A stretch of 64,000 bases of DNA from Octopus bimaculoides (taxonomy: Eukaryota). Below are positions 1-63,630 of the stretch, piece by piece (the stretch's first letter is position 1; each line of letters starts with the position of its first letter). The position numbers and the translations under genes are program-made. The notes under the pieces are model-generated. The model searched no databases, was not told where the DNA came from, and saw nothing but the letters and a program-made list of their open reading frames with translations. The stretch covers positions 66,079,478-66,143,477 of the forward strand of contig NC_068986.1 in NCBI RefSeq assembly GCF_001194135.2, in the 5' to 3' direction.

Positions 1-1332
1 AGTGAAAAATGAAAAGGTTGATGAAGACTTAGCCAAAGAGGAAAGTGCCTATCTTCAGCCCTTTCAGTCCGGTCCACCACACAACCACTTTTGCTAAGGT
101 TATCAGGCACAAGAAAGAAGCCTGCCCTTCCAGGTCAAAAGAAAGAGGTGGGACTACCTTAACAATGAACTCGGCCGATAGCAGGATCCGTCCCACGCGC
201 GACAGCAAATGTTCGACATAAACCCACAAGCCAGAAATACTCGGGCACTGGACGAGATCGTGCAGAGCAGTTTCGTCGGTCTGCGCGCATCTCGGGCAAG
301 CCCGGCTGACTGCACTTCTGTGCTTGTAGAATTTATCCCGGACAGGCAGTGCCCCGCAGTAGTACTGCCAGGCCAAGGATTTCTGGAAATTATCCGTAAG
401 CCCCGGCCTGAAAGTTCTCCGGAACAAACCAGCCAACTCATTCTCGTCGACACCCAGACTCTCCTCGAAAACGTCGTCGCACTTACCCGCCACTAATCCT
501 CTATAGAACACCTGAGCGGAGCTTACACTGACTGCATTGCCTGACTGGTTGAGGAGTGTGAGCGCCTAACGACACTCTTGGTGCCTCGGTCTACGTTTGA
601 TCGAGGATTGCAGCTCAGTCAAAGAGACGAGTTGTAGGAAATCGCGTCTGACAAACGGTGACCACACCTGCTTACCGTCTTGGAAATGCTAGAGGTACAG
701 CATCCTCAACGCATGTCTGCGCGTCAATAGCCACGGCATACCCAGCCATCCATTTAGCGGGTGGTGACAGCAAATAGAGCGCCTGACCAGTGGAATGCGT
801 CACTTCCACAGAAAGCGGAAGATTATGCGCTCCACAGATTCGAACCGGGACAGAGCACGACGATGAGGCGATAGTAGATGACGGACGCGATGTACGCATT
901 CGCCACCTCTGTCCGGCCTTTCAGGGATAGCTTTCTCTCGGCCCATTTCTGGGTGAAATTGGCCACCTTATTTGCTGCATCGTCTCAGTTCTTCCCCACC
1001 TGGAGATCTGGACCGAACTAGACCCCGAGCAGTTTAACCGGTCCTTCCGTCCAGCGTGCCACGACGTTGTTGGGAGGCATGGACCTGCCTCTCTAGAGGC
1101 CGAGTTGCAGGCCCACCAACTTCAGGTTAAGCTTTGCTCCTGTCACGGCCTCGTATTCTTTAAGAGTGGCGCCGACCAGGTCTGTGTGCCTGGTGTTCGA
1201 CACTAAGACGGTGACGTTGCCCGTGTATGTCGACACGGTTCTCCCATGTCCTAGTTCGCGTGGGATGCTTCTCAACGCCTCCAATTTCCGCAGTAGTGAT
1301 AGCAACAGTATCACAAACGGCACAAAGACCAC
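1..1332 (-). mobile_element. Degenerate L1/Tx1-clade LINE, 3' part of ORF2 (RT C-terminus plus zf-RVT)
   Basis: Degenerate YADD (YTGNVTV), YEAVTGAKLN, HPLNGWLGMPWL, and zinc-knuckle ACPRCAQTDETALHDLVQCP. Frameshifted and runs off the left edge. Confidence 0.85.
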
Positions 1333-2177
1333 CAGTGTTTAAAATAAAACGATACAGCCTTTGGGCTGAGACGTATAACAGAATAAAAGAATAAAGGAAT
1401 AAGGGAATAAAGGAACAAAGAGTAGAATTTCCAAGTGAATTAGGTTCCTTTACGCTTTTCGTCCTTTTGGGGTGTCACCAGTTATACTTTGAGGGTTGAT
1501 TTAATCGACTATGTCCACCTGTCTTTGAAAGCTGGTACCTTATGTTTATCGCCAAAATTATTTCTGAAACTACAAGTATCCCTATTACCACCACCACCAC
1601 CCCGCCGCCAGTGCAACCTGAACCACAACCATCATTACCACCGACAATCACCTCACCACTACTGCCACCGCCAGCACTACCACAACCTCCAGCACCACCA
1701 AAACCTCCAGCACCAGCACCATTACCACTACAACCATCATTACCAACACCGCCACCATCCCATTATCCTCTTACCTCCACCGCCACCATCACAGTCAGTT
1801 GCAACAATCACCACAGCCACCGTCATCAATTGAGCACTGAAGTCGATGTAATCGATATAATCGACTTACCCACTCCCACGAAATTGCTGACCATGTGCCA
1901 ACATTTGAAATCAATATTAGCATAGCCTGCTCGTGAATTTATTAATGTCTGATCTTAAATTTGAATGTTATTTGAGTTTTCTCGAATTTTTGACCTAGAA
2001 TTTGACGCAGAAACTAGTAATGCCAACGTGTGTAAAAACCACTCTGGGCGTTTTATGTGTTAGATGGGTGTTTTATTTCCATCCCCATCAGTTTTTATCT
2101 AACAGGGTGGACTGAGAAGTGATGCTAAAGTTGTACAATTTTGCAAGCATTTATTCCAACTCTTCTTATTAATAACT

Positions 2178-2182
2178 GCATT

Positions 2183-2223
<41 letters not shown>
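2178..2223. repeat. (TTG)n microsatellite; another at about 63830-63857
   Basis: Direct reading. Confidence 0.95.
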
Positions 2224-2224
<1 letters not shown>

Positions 2225-2287
2225 CCAGGTAAACTGGTATCTGACAATGCAGACTTCAAAAGTAATTAGCAGCAACTTCTTTTGAAA

Positions 2288-2690
2288 ATGGACAAAATTT
2301 TGCATCGTTGTGTTATCAGGTCCCCGCAGAGAAAGGGTTTAGCCCCGAATGACATTCATGCTGGCATAGTTGCTACATTAGGGGATGTAAAGCTCCAGTT
2401 TTATCCCCAGTGCAAAAGTGGGCAGCTGAATTTAGGAAGAAAAGGGAGAGTCTAGAAGACGACCCAAGGTCTGGTCGCCCTGCGACTGCCACCACCGAGG
2501 AAAACATTAATTGTATTCACCATATGGTGATAAATGACAGTGATTGACTATAAATCAAATAGCCAATGTTATTAGCATATCCCGTGAGAGAGTTGAAACT
2601 ATTCTGCACAATGAACTTGGCATGACAAAGGTTTCTGCTCGGTAGGTGCTACGTCTTCTGACACCTGATCAAAAGCACACCAGGCTGATA
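2288..2690 (+). mobile_element. Mariner transposase 5' fragment (HTH region)
   Basis: MDKILHRCVI...ESLEDDPRSGRPATATTEENI...ILHNELGMTKVSAR*VLRLLTPDQK, a degenerate WVPRLL motif. Confidence 0.85.
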
Positions 2691-2714
2691 AGATCATGGG
2701 AAATTTTGACAATA

Positions 2715-2885
2715 TCAAGTATTTTGTTGTTATTTCTTGTTTCTGGATTGCCAAAGGCACAGCCTTCAAAGTGAGCAGCCTGACCTTCAGTTGGTTACGA
2801 CGACGAGTGTTCCAGTTGATTCGATCAACCGAACAGCCTGCTCGTGAAATTAGCGTGCAAGTGGATGAGCACTCCACAGACAGGC
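2715..2885 (-). mobile_element. 3' half of a tRNA-derived SINE (same family as 3645-4005, opposite strand)
   Basis: Reverse complement aligns to about 3840-4005. Confidence 0.75.
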
Positions 2886-3218
2886 AGATACTTAGCATCG
2901 ATTCAAACAACTCTTTAATGTTGCATCATATTCCTTCGACAATATATATTGGCCACCAAATGTCGAAGTGCAGATATGATTCTAGCTAGCATATCTGAGA
3001 TAAACAGTATCATGAGAATTGAAAAAGAGCTTGTTGAAAACTATTCTTTGACTGGTGACTAGAGAGACACGCAGAGAAGTTACATAGTTCTATCGCAAAA
3101 GAACACCATATAAAAAGTTTTCTATTTGGCAAATAAAAGTTATGCATGGTTACACTGTCAGAAAACATTAGAGTGACATTAACAGATAACCAAAGTAGAC
3201 TATGTTAAACCAGCAACC

Positions 3219-3605
3219 GTTGTTGTTGGCACTCCGTCGCTTACGACGTCGAGGGTTCCAGTTGATCCGATCAACGGAACAGCCTGCTCGTGAAATTAAC
3301 GTGCAAGTGGCTGAGCACTCCACAGACACGTGTACCCTTAACGTAGTTCGCGGGGATATTCAGCGTGACACAGTGTGACAAGGCTGACCCTTTGAATTAC
3401 AGGTACAACAGAAACAGGAAGTAAGAGTGAGAGAAAGTTGCAGTGAAAGAGTACAGCAGGGTTCGCCACCATCCCTTGCCGGAGTTTCGTGGTGCTTTAG
3501 GTGTTTTCGCTCAATAAACACTCACAACGCCCGGTCTGGGAATCGAAACCGTGATCCTATGACCGCGAGTCCGCTGCCCTAACCACTGGGCAATTGCGCC
3601 TCCAC
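3219..3605 (-). mobile_element. Full-length tRNA-derived SINE with 14-bp target-site duplication
   Basis: Head GTGGAGGCGCAATTGCCCAGTGG (A box) and GGTTTCGATTCCC (B box), a (CAA)n tail, and TTAAACCAGCAACC at both 3205-3218 and 3606-3619. Confidence 0.92.
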
Positions 3606-3644
3606 TTAAACCAGCAACCAATATATTAGCATTCACCTAGATGA

Positions 3645-4005
3645 GGGGCGTGGCTTAGTGATTAGGATATTCGGCTCACAATCGTAAGGTCGTGAGTTCC
3701 ATTCCCAGCAGCGCATTGTGTCCTTGAGCAAGACACTTTCTTTCCCGTTGCCCCAGTTCACTCAGCTAGCAGAAATGAATTATACCCATAGTTCAATGAG
3801 CCACCTTGAATCTTCCTGAGAATCTACTTTAAAGGGACGCATGGATCAGCCATTTGCACACTAATTTCACGAGCAGCGTGCTCGTGATTCGGCTGACCGA
3901 AACAGCTGGAGCACTCTTCGTCATAACCGACTGAAGGCCAGGCTTCTCACTTTGAAGGCTGTGCTTTTGGCAATCCAGGAACAAGAAATAACAACAAAAT
4001 TACTT
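3645..4005 (+). mobile_element. tRNA-derived SINE
   Basis: GGCGTGGCTTAGTGATTAGG A-box head, GAGTTCCATTCC B-box-like element, and CCTTGAGCAAGACACT core. Confidence 0.8.
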
Positions 4006-4119
4006 GTTACATAAAAAGAGATTGGGCTGCAAGTAAAACATGACATGTAAAGCACCCAGAGTGACGAGTATGAAAGCGTAATTGACTTTCACACACGCTG
4101 GCATTACTAGTTGATGCTT

Positions 4120-4480
4120 CTATATAACTATTGCTCTGGAAATTTCTGGTATTAGTTCATAGTTTTCTGGTTGTAACAGCAATGATACGGATCTCATCCA
4201 GTCTCCAATCGAATAACCAGAATTTTAGTATGAGTACTAGTACAGTAAACTCATCGTGGACCGCTGATTTATTGTATGGGGAGTATTCTGAGAGCATTTT
4301 TTTTTTTTTTACGCGAATAATATATTTCCCGGTCACACATTCTTCGTTGCATATTTCATCATAGGATATATCTTCATTCATCCTTAAGTACCTGTAGCAT
4401 TCATTACCGGACTCTAAAGATGATGTAACCAGGTCAATAATTTCCTTCATACCATTCATATTCTTCACATACATTTTCAG
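4120..4480 (-). mobile_element. Possible highly degenerate PIF/Harbinger transposase N-terminal remnant
   Basis: YRYLRMNE..YDEI, KKMLSEYSPYNKSAV, RLETG*DPY and IPEISRAI occur in the order of the Harbinger motifs (NYLRM...F, I.PxxKLAV, RxLATG.SY, IPEVCRAI), across frameshifts. Confidence 0.35.
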
Positions 4481-5499
4481 GTTGGCCACAAAATAACAAT
4501 ACGCTGGGTTCATGCTTTTGTCTTGTGAACCAATTTCATACTCTTTAGAATTCTTCATTAAAATCAAGGGGCTTACTGAAGGTATAAACAGCATCACAAG
4601 ATGACTATCTCCCCCAAATGTATGCATATTTCTTCTTTTTATAATTATATGGTTTCTTCTTACAAAGATGAAGATGGTTTCCATTTAATAAACAAAGCTC
4701 TCTAACAGTGAAATTTGGATAAAAGAAAATGATACATTTTGAACTGTGAAAGTCTTGCATATGTTTGCTCGTGTACCTATAGACTACATTGTAAGGGTGC
4801 ATGTCAGCTTGTCACATTCTTGTTTTGAAGCCCTTAGATTTTCGTGATTACCACATAAAAGTTTACTCACATATTGCCACTTAAACGTTTAGTTACGTAA
4901 TTATCGGAATAAATGCGGAGGCATAATCAAGGAAGAAATATTCATATTTATGGCTACTTAAGATTTTACTTTTCTGTATGTATCTAATTTTATGGATGAA
5001 TGGATGGATGGATGGGTGGGTAGGTGGGTGGGTGGAGGTGCGAAAGGAAGGAAAAAAGAATAGCTTTGAGATGATGAGTTACAATGATACAGAAATCGAA
5101 GGGAAAGGCAGAGAAGGAGAAGTCGCCGACTTCGGCCGATACAGCTTGGCACCAGTGTCACTACAGGCGTTGTTGCTGTCAGAACGCAGAGTAGCTGGAA
5201 CAGATATCGCAAGATGCCATTCCTGACTCTTTGAATGTTCGCCAATTCACACCTCTACTTTATTTATTGACCCCGACAGAATGAAAGGCAAAGTTGATCC
5301 CGGTGATATTTGAACTAGGAGCGCAGAGTCGGAACAATTATTGTGAGAAATTCTGTTCAAGACCTTGTCAAATCACTGCCTTAATATATGTATACGTATA
5401 TGCATGTATTTCTTTATTATTTAGGTATAAAGTTACCTGACTCAAGGTCCATGAGTTTCGAGTGTAATATTTATCAAATACACACACACACACACACAC

Positions 5500-6180
5500 A
5501 CACACATGCATACACGTTGAGAAAGAGAGGGAGAAAGAAAGGAGCAATACGTGGGATAGAAGTTCAAACGGAAATCCTGGGGAAAGAAATACAAAACGTT
5601 TTAATAAATGTGAGGTGACAACGAGAAAACGTGTAAGAGACATAAGAGAACTGGTGAGAGAGTGGAAGAGTGTTGAAAGGGTAAACAGTGAATGAAGAGA
5701 GAAAGAGAGAACATGAAGCCACGTAAGAGTAGTAAAAGGGAAAGGAAGAGAAAAGGAAAAGAAGAATTTTAGAAATGAGTGACGGAAGGAGGCATATCAA
5801 AATGAAGAGTGATAAGGGTCAAAACTATACAATTGGTGGGACAGTGACTCTAGGAGAAAGAGGAGAAAAGGAATGAGAAAAGACAGAAAGGCTGGACAAA
5901 CATAGTAAAAAAAGAAGAAGGGAGAAACAGAAAGAAACAATAAGAGACTGTCATGATAGAGAGAGGGAGGAGACGAAATGGAGAGAGAGTGAGCTAGAGA
6001 GTAGGGAGAGTTTCGGAGCATTGAAATATATAATGAGAGAGAGCGGGGATGAAATGAATAAAGAAGAAAGAAAGCGAGAGTCTGTAAGGGGGAGGGGGCG
6101 AAATGCATAAGAGGAAGAGAGATTGGAAGAGAAATATGTAAAAAAAAAATGAGGGACAGAATCGAGGAGACACAGGACAA
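5500..6180. repeat. GA-rich low-complexity tract. Others at 34395-34725, 38390-38640, 39770-40130 and 45760-46030
   Basis: Strong purine skew on the plus strand. Confidence 0.8.
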
Positions 6181-6489
6181 TCAGCCTGGAGTGGTTGTGG
6201 TTCGTACCCCTGTCATTGGTATTGCATTTAGTCTAATTGTCAATGCAGTACCACCCTTTCTCTATGTACCCGAGATTTGATTCTTATCTATTCTGCATAA
6301 CCACCACAGATAAATACCATCATGAGAGGATGACTAAAGCAGAAAGTAAGACGAAGAAAAATGCTGCAAAGACAAAAGGGAAAGAAAGTGATAATGCAGC
6401 ATAATGTTGTCACTATACGACGAGTCACTGCAGCAGATGACCAGACTGTCACATGTCGCTGCAATTTGATATCACTGCAATACCACGTG

Positions 6490-6530
<41 letters not shown>

Positions 6531-8179
6531 GACGTCAGAAACATTTTATATACTTTCAAGAGAACGTGAAATGGCTTTGTTTTTTTAGTCTTTTTTCATT
6601 TCTTTTTGGAACCATGGATTTCGAAATACATCGTCTTGAATAGAAAAGTTAAAGGTTGCCTTCGACTTTTTCTATCCCAAAGCTTTAAGTGATGTGCTTC
6701 GAGATCCCCTCTTCGAAAAAATTTGTGTGTGTGTGTGTGTGTACGTGCACACACACACACACACATATACAATCACACGTATGACACGTAGAGATCATGA
6801 CATCATCACGATACAGCATACTACTGCAGGAGACAACGTTAGAATTTCACGTGCTATTGCAATGGTAAGTAGAATATCATCAAAACCCATAGTGCTACTT
6901 GTTACTGACTGATCGGTGTCACAATGACACAGATCACTCCAGTAAATCATCGAATCATTTGTACATCACCGGCTATCAAGTAACTCCAAACCTTCAAACC
7001 AGTGCCATACATCGTTTGCACAAGCTTATCACAAAAGCTAGTGCACCTTCCTATCGGCATATCAGTCATAAAGAGCAAGGCGACCAAACGGAGCACATAT
7101 TTCATCACACTTTACCCACAGAGACATTTCAAAAAAAAAAGAAAAGAAAAAAGAAAGAAACCTTGCCTGATTAGATGGTGTTATTTGTTAACAATTCTTA
7201 AATTAATTTCAGCAGGGACAACTGATTTTCAGTTACTTTTGTTTCATTTTCTAACAAAAATATCACCGAAATTCGACTGCATACAGTTTTCGAGCCAGTG
7301 TCGGTTCCATATTTGACGAAAAAAAAAAGAAACTATGCTTTCATTTTCTTTTGGGGGCTGAAACCTGTCTCTAGATGGAGTAAAACAAAAGTCTATACTG
7401 ATATCTCAAGGGATGCTAGTCTTAACTTAGAGGGTTTAAGCAGTAATGACTGACAGCGAAAACTTCATTTTCATGGTAAATATTCATTATTATATTGTAC
7501 AAATTGTACAATATAATACTGACAAACCATCGATTACAATGGCATTAGATGTGAAGGTGACAATGATAGTGATGAGAAGTGTAGGTATTTTTGAACCAAT
7601 CATTATATCAGAATCTCTGGAAAAACAGCCTTGTTAAATTATAATAGACAAGCCTGTGTGTGAATAAGTGAGCACCAACTATTCATGCAGTGTCATATGA
7701 AGGTGACGTCATCGAGAAAAAGTTCGCTCGATTTGAAAAGAGCAGTAATCTCCCAGCTGAAAACATTGCCAGTTCAGGATTAGTTCTTGTCTTTCATCTA
7801 TTATGTAACTTTACAAAACACAGAAGTATCCAATTATAGCAATGGCACCTAATAAACGATCAAGATAGAAATCTCCTGACTGCTAAATATATGACAGGAA
7901 GAGATGAATATAGCTGTATTGCAGAAAGCAGCATTAAAGATCAAAAGAAATATTTAAAACGGAAGATTACCAGTTTACTATTTTGAATAAAAGCAGTTAT
8001 CAGTATGTATATCATGTGTGCATTTAGTCACAGCTAGTCGAGTTGATGGTGAGTCGTATAACCAACCCAAGGGACTATGATTTGTATCTTATCTTACACT
8101 GTATCCATAGCTGAGGTATTTAACTTCGGCTGGTTCGGGCCATTTAGCTGCAACACCGTAGCATAGTAACAAGGTCCCT

Positions 8180-8560
8180 AGAACTTACTTTGCAAACCAG
8201 ATTCGATTCCTAACCGTAGCTTGTATATAAACATCGTTAATACTTTTAAGAGATGCCCGAATGTCACAATTTCCATTCCCCTTCCTCTTTTTCTACGGTC
8301 AATAATTCTGATCCCACGTTGATATGTACCTTTAATAACTAATGATCGAGTGAGATACTCTCTCCCGCTAGTTTTTAGGATTAACTGAAAGTAGTGGGAA
8401 GTGTAGTATCCAATGTCTTTCCACTTCAGTCTCATCCAAACTTCTGAAACCCTGGAAACATTTGGGACTAAAGTTCAGTTTCATTGCAATCTCGCCCAAT
8501 TTTTTAATCGTTTCAGCCTTTAAACTACGGTTACCCTGGTATACCTCTTTCAAGGGTATC
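8180..8560 (-). mobile_element. Possible Penelope-like RT N-terminal remnant
   Basis: KLNFSPK (compare GLNFxP) and IRII..RKRGRGMEIV (compare IVIxxxDKGxGxV), broken by frameshifts. Confidence 0.3.
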
Positions 8561-8589
8561 AGTCACTTACATTTTTGTTTTTCTTCTGG

Positions 8590-9275
8590 TGCCCCAGATC
8601 AGATCTGACCGAACAGGTTAGGTGGCCGAACGACGAGGCGAAACCCACAAATCCATTTTCTTCGTCCAGTTAAGGACTTTACAGCAAACTCCGACATGTA
8701 ATGATAAATCATATGGGATACAGTGTAGCAATATGAGCATATTACACTCGTCCCACTGTCCAGCTATTTCTGAACACCTATGATTTTCTGATGCTCACCA
8801 AACAGAGTCGGTTAGAGCCCAAGTTGCAGTTCTTCTGCACTTGATAGTGTGCATACCAGAACACTTTTCAGGACCAGCAAGGCTGTTGATGTTGAAACTA
8901 TTTCTGTATACGTGTGTCTCTAATGCTTGTTCGGCCTGAATGGGAGTAATGTCTTTAGGATGTTGTTGTGAGCGTCTAAGCACTTAAAGTCGGATTTTCA
9001 CCAAGTGACAGGGACTGTGAGAACTAACGCGTGGTACGACCTTAAACCGAGATCTCTCATTTTTGGTATTTTTACGTTCTATGGATATGGTCTGTTAAAC
9101 CTGTATTGTCGTTGCTTTGCTCTCTTTGTAGATTATAGTGGTTTGTTGAGAAATTGGAAATCTGGTTAGGACTAGCACAGTCCATGATGGATCGTATGTA
9201 ATGTCTATAAGTATTTGCGGTTGTTCCCCCCTCCCCTCTATTGGCCAAAAAGGTACGTGTGATTGTTCTAAGCAT
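8590..9275 (-). mobile_element. Non-LTR retrotransposon 3' fragment (I/Nimb/Jockey-like)
   Basis: TYRHYIRSIMDCASP...LQREQ..NTG, a QLDSG motif and a DLW-type terminus. Confidence 0.5.
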
Positions 9276-9331
9276 ATCTGGATGTCGATTTGCTTGCCTT
9301 ACAATGCCTTCTATGTGTTTTTAGAAATATC

Positions 9332-9367
<36 letters not shown>

Positions 9368-10479
9368 TGCCAGAAAAAAAAGAAACGTAAAGAAATGGAC
9401 ACGGTTAGAAGGTTTTCTAAATACATGTGTAAACACTGTGACAGTGGGATCTGGAAACAACTATAAAAATGTCTTACCAAGTTAGAAAATACTCACACAC
9501 AATAATATTTGCAAATAATCCAGAAAAATACCACTGTACATATTTATGCTTCTTCAGTTCCCTGTGCCATTTATTAAAAGAGCCAGGCATGTAGTAAGGT
9601 CGATTCAATCGATTATGCATCTTTTTTATTAGGCACAAGATTATAAATTTCTAAGATTTTTTTTAACTCTCACCTTAGATCCGAACTTTGGTTAACATTT
9701 ATTCACTATTCATAACAATAAAGTCAGATCATTCTTCGTTGGATTCATTTCAATAAAATTAAATCTCGTAGAATAAAATCGGTACTTCTTAGTTATTACC
9801 CAATATTTCAAAATTATAATCGTTTCTTACAGTTTCAATTTACTGATTTTTTTTCTGATGGATATTTCTTTACGATCATGTCTACCAGCCCAGTGAATTT
9901 ACTTTGATTCACTCATTTTAGAACCACAATGTATGTGAATTGTCCGTGATTTCCAAATGAATTCTCCATAAATTATAACTTGAAAGAGTCTATATTTAAC
10001 CAAGTCAAACTTAACATGCGATGTAATGCTGTAACGAAGACGCATTTTTTTTTTAATCAGTGAAACGTTTTCTGCGGAAGATGTTGCTTATGAAGGAATC
10101 AAAGAAAGCTCAAAGTGAAAATAACCCGTTATAAATGAATATGGTATGTTGCATATTTATTCAACCTGCAGAAATAATTTATATAGTGCCTTTTACTAAC
10201 TAACTTGTTTTTTTTGTTTTTTTTGTGTGAGGAGTGGAGGTCTGCCAAAGGCATATGACTAGAAATTTTAGTGAAGGGACTAGTTGGTTACATTGACCCG
10301 AATGCTCAACTGGTATCTATTTTAACGATTCCGAAAGGATAGAAAGCAAAGTTGACCTGTACGGAATTTGTACTAAGAACGTAAAACCAGAAGAAATGTT
10401 GCTTAGCATTTTGTCAGGCGTGGTAACGACACTGTCAGCTCGCCACCTCTGAGAAGATTTATTATGAAAAACTTCCGCG

Positions 10480-11040
10480 ATATGATTATCTCATTTTTTA
10501 CTTCAAGAATACTTTCTAAAATCTCTCCCTACCGTCTTTTTAAAGACAGTAGGAAGAGATTTCAAGGGGATTTAGCTGTTGTTTGTAACATGCAAAGGCA
10601 TTATTTAGGCTCGGGAACAAACATGGAATTAAATGTTGTAGTCTTCATGTACTCTCCGCAAGTATGATTGAAATAAATGCAACTGAGAATCGTGTATGGA
10701 TCACGAATTATGCAAATTGGGAAATTATATATCACTACTATGGCGCTTGCTTTTATCAACGTTAGAAATATGCATCATCGATTAATTGATACAAATTATA
10801 CTCTCAATTGGTTGTTATTGCACAGGGTTGCTCTCAGTTTGTCAATAAGAATTTCTACCGCTCCACAAATAGTTTTCCCCAGTCTTTCATTTCCTTTAAT
10901 AATAGAAGTACAAAATGGTCTTACTATCCTTCTAAGTTCGCAAATTAAAAATAAAACTGCATAAAATATCGAATAATGGAATTCATCATTGGCAACAACA
11001 CTGAAATTCATGGAAGCCCAACACATAAATGTTTGTGTAA
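10480..11040 (-). mobile_element. Degenerate hAT (Buster/Charlie-like) transposase remnant
   Basis: FSVVANDEF..S (compare FSLQLDESTD), FCTSI...GKTICGAVE (compare FCxxL...GExIFxAV), FVIHTR (compare CxIHR) and R*GEILESILEVKNEI (compare SRGKVLxRxxELKNEI), in colinear order. Confidence 0.45.
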
Positions 11041-11899
11041 TCGCGAAATGAAAATTGAAAGGAGTCAAAAATGACCGCTTGGTACTTCTGGTGAAGTCCA
11101 CATGCCGAAAGGAAATCTTTTTTCGTCCTCACCCCGACCTTTAAAAGCAAAAAACATTTGTTTCAGTCATTGGACTGTGGTCATACTGGACGCCTTCAAG
11201 AGCTTTAGTAGGGTTCAGTTTGATACCTATTCGCTCAGTTTCTTTTGCCGAATCGCTGCGTTACGGAGACATAAATAAATTAACACCAGTTGTCAAGCAG
11301 TGTGGGAGAACTCTTTCTCGCTCTCTCACGCGCAAATGATATCACAGAGTTTCCGCCAGTCAAATACACTAAGACACTGGTTGGCCCAGGGCTAAAGTAG
11401 CTTCTTAACTACATAGCCATGCCTACAACTTTGAGTTTATCCAAATTTATGAATTGTAAATAGTTTTTGATGACACAGACCACCACCACTAAGTTTCCTC
11501 AGACTCCAGTGTTTATTTCACTTTAAACCTATAAATGTGTCAATAGACGGAAAATTAATTTAAAAAACAAAAAAAAAAAAAAACGCTAATGAATGAAATA
11601 ATGTTTTTTTTTGGGGGGGGGGGTATACAATGATAATTGCGGCAAGAAAAATAAAATCTCTCAGATTTGTATACTGATTTCTATCTTGGGTCAAAACCAT
11701 GCATTGAATCAACTAGTATACAACTGATGTTTATTACGTCAACTCCACCAGAAAGAACAACAAAGTCGACCCCGAGGGATTTGAACTCAGAAAGTGAAAG
11801 TACACAAATATGATACTGCAGAGTATTTTGTCTAGTGTTTTACTGATTCTGCCATCGTGTACATACATATTAAACTCAAAAACCACAAATTTTCTCATT

Positions 11900-62520
<50,621 letters not shown>

Positions 62521-63035
62521 CTAAAAGAGAAAATGAGTTTAAAACAGATTGAGCAAATGAAGTTATTCAAAACAATTTTGTCATCCACAGTAACCTTATA
62601 TCACTAAAAACAAAAGGACTAACGCTAAATCACATATTACGATAATGAAGTTTCGTTTTTATCATATGGAGAAGTCTTCAATGGAAATAAGATTAATATT
62701 GCAAAAGCCCTAAAGGTTATATGAGCGATGACAATTATCTTCAACTTGATGGCATGAAACTGACAAGAGGTTCGTGCATACAATGTAATCTCAAATATAA
62801 CGTAACTAGATATACATTTTTCCTTTTTATATACGTATAATACTATGGCCTCAGTTCTGACCTTGTATTAAATTTCTTGCATTATACACAAACAATGATA
62901 TTAATCTCTCTCCCTTCCCCCCAGTGTGTGTGTGTGTTTGTGGATGGTAAGATGCAAGTAACATTCTAAGATGACCTGACTTTCTAATCACAACAGTTTG
63001 GTGAAAATAAAAGTGTCCTGCTCATGAACAATGTG

Positions 63036-63630
63036 CAGGCATGGCTTTAGGTACAGGCATGGCTTTAGGTACAGGCGTGGTTGTGTTACAAAAAGTTTGC
63101 TTCTCAACCACAGTTTCAGGTTCATGTCTTCTACTATAGCCTTGGGCTGACCAAAGCCTTATGAGTGGATTTGGTAGATGGAAACTGAGAGAAGCCCATA
63201 TATATATATATAAATGAATGTATATCTATGTATGTGTGTCCGTGTTTGTCCCTCTATCACTGCTTGACAACCAGTGTTGGTGTGTTTGCATCCCCATAAT
63301 TTAGCAGGTCGCCAAAAGTTACTGATATAAGTACCAGGCTTTAAAAAATAGTACTGGGGTCAATTCATTCAACTAAAAATTCAAGGTGTCACCCCAGCAA
63401 GTAAAAGATAAAGATATATGTGTGTTTGTGTGTGTCTGCAATTGTCCCCCCAACCACTGCTTGACAAATGATGTGTTTACATCCCCATAACCCAGCAGCT
63501 CAGCAAAAGAGACTGATAGAATAAGTACTAGGCTTGAAAAAAATAAGTCTTTGTGGAGGGGTGATTTGTTTGACTAAAACCCTTCATGGCAGTGCTCCAG
63601 CATGGCTACAATCAAGTGACTGAAACAAAT
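63036..63630 (+). mobile_element. One SINE copy plus a second 3' half in tandem
   Basis: Same family as 59864; the head carries an 18-bp tandem repeat. Confidence 0.75.

Noticed and set aside
1489-1925. Pro/Thr/His-rich ORFs resembling a mucin or extensin
   Set aside because: They come from a degenerate (CAC/CCA)n tract followed by a common SINE tail (GTCGATGTAATCGA...GAAATTGCTG). There is no splice or domain support.
2099-2305. Poly-Q ORF
   Set aside because: It is a (TTG)n microsatellite read on the minus strand.
3560-3700. tRNA-like sequences (also 38800, 59864, 16883)
   Set aside because: These are SINE heads with A/B boxes continuing into SINE bodies. I could not fold a complete cloverleaf, so no tRNA gene is called.
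4157-4260. Resemblance to a Cys-loop or chemotactile receptor motif (W..D.RL...W.PEI)
   Set aside because: It needs a stop read-through and a frameshift, and no Cys-loop or TM segments follow. The Harbinger interpretation explains more motifs.
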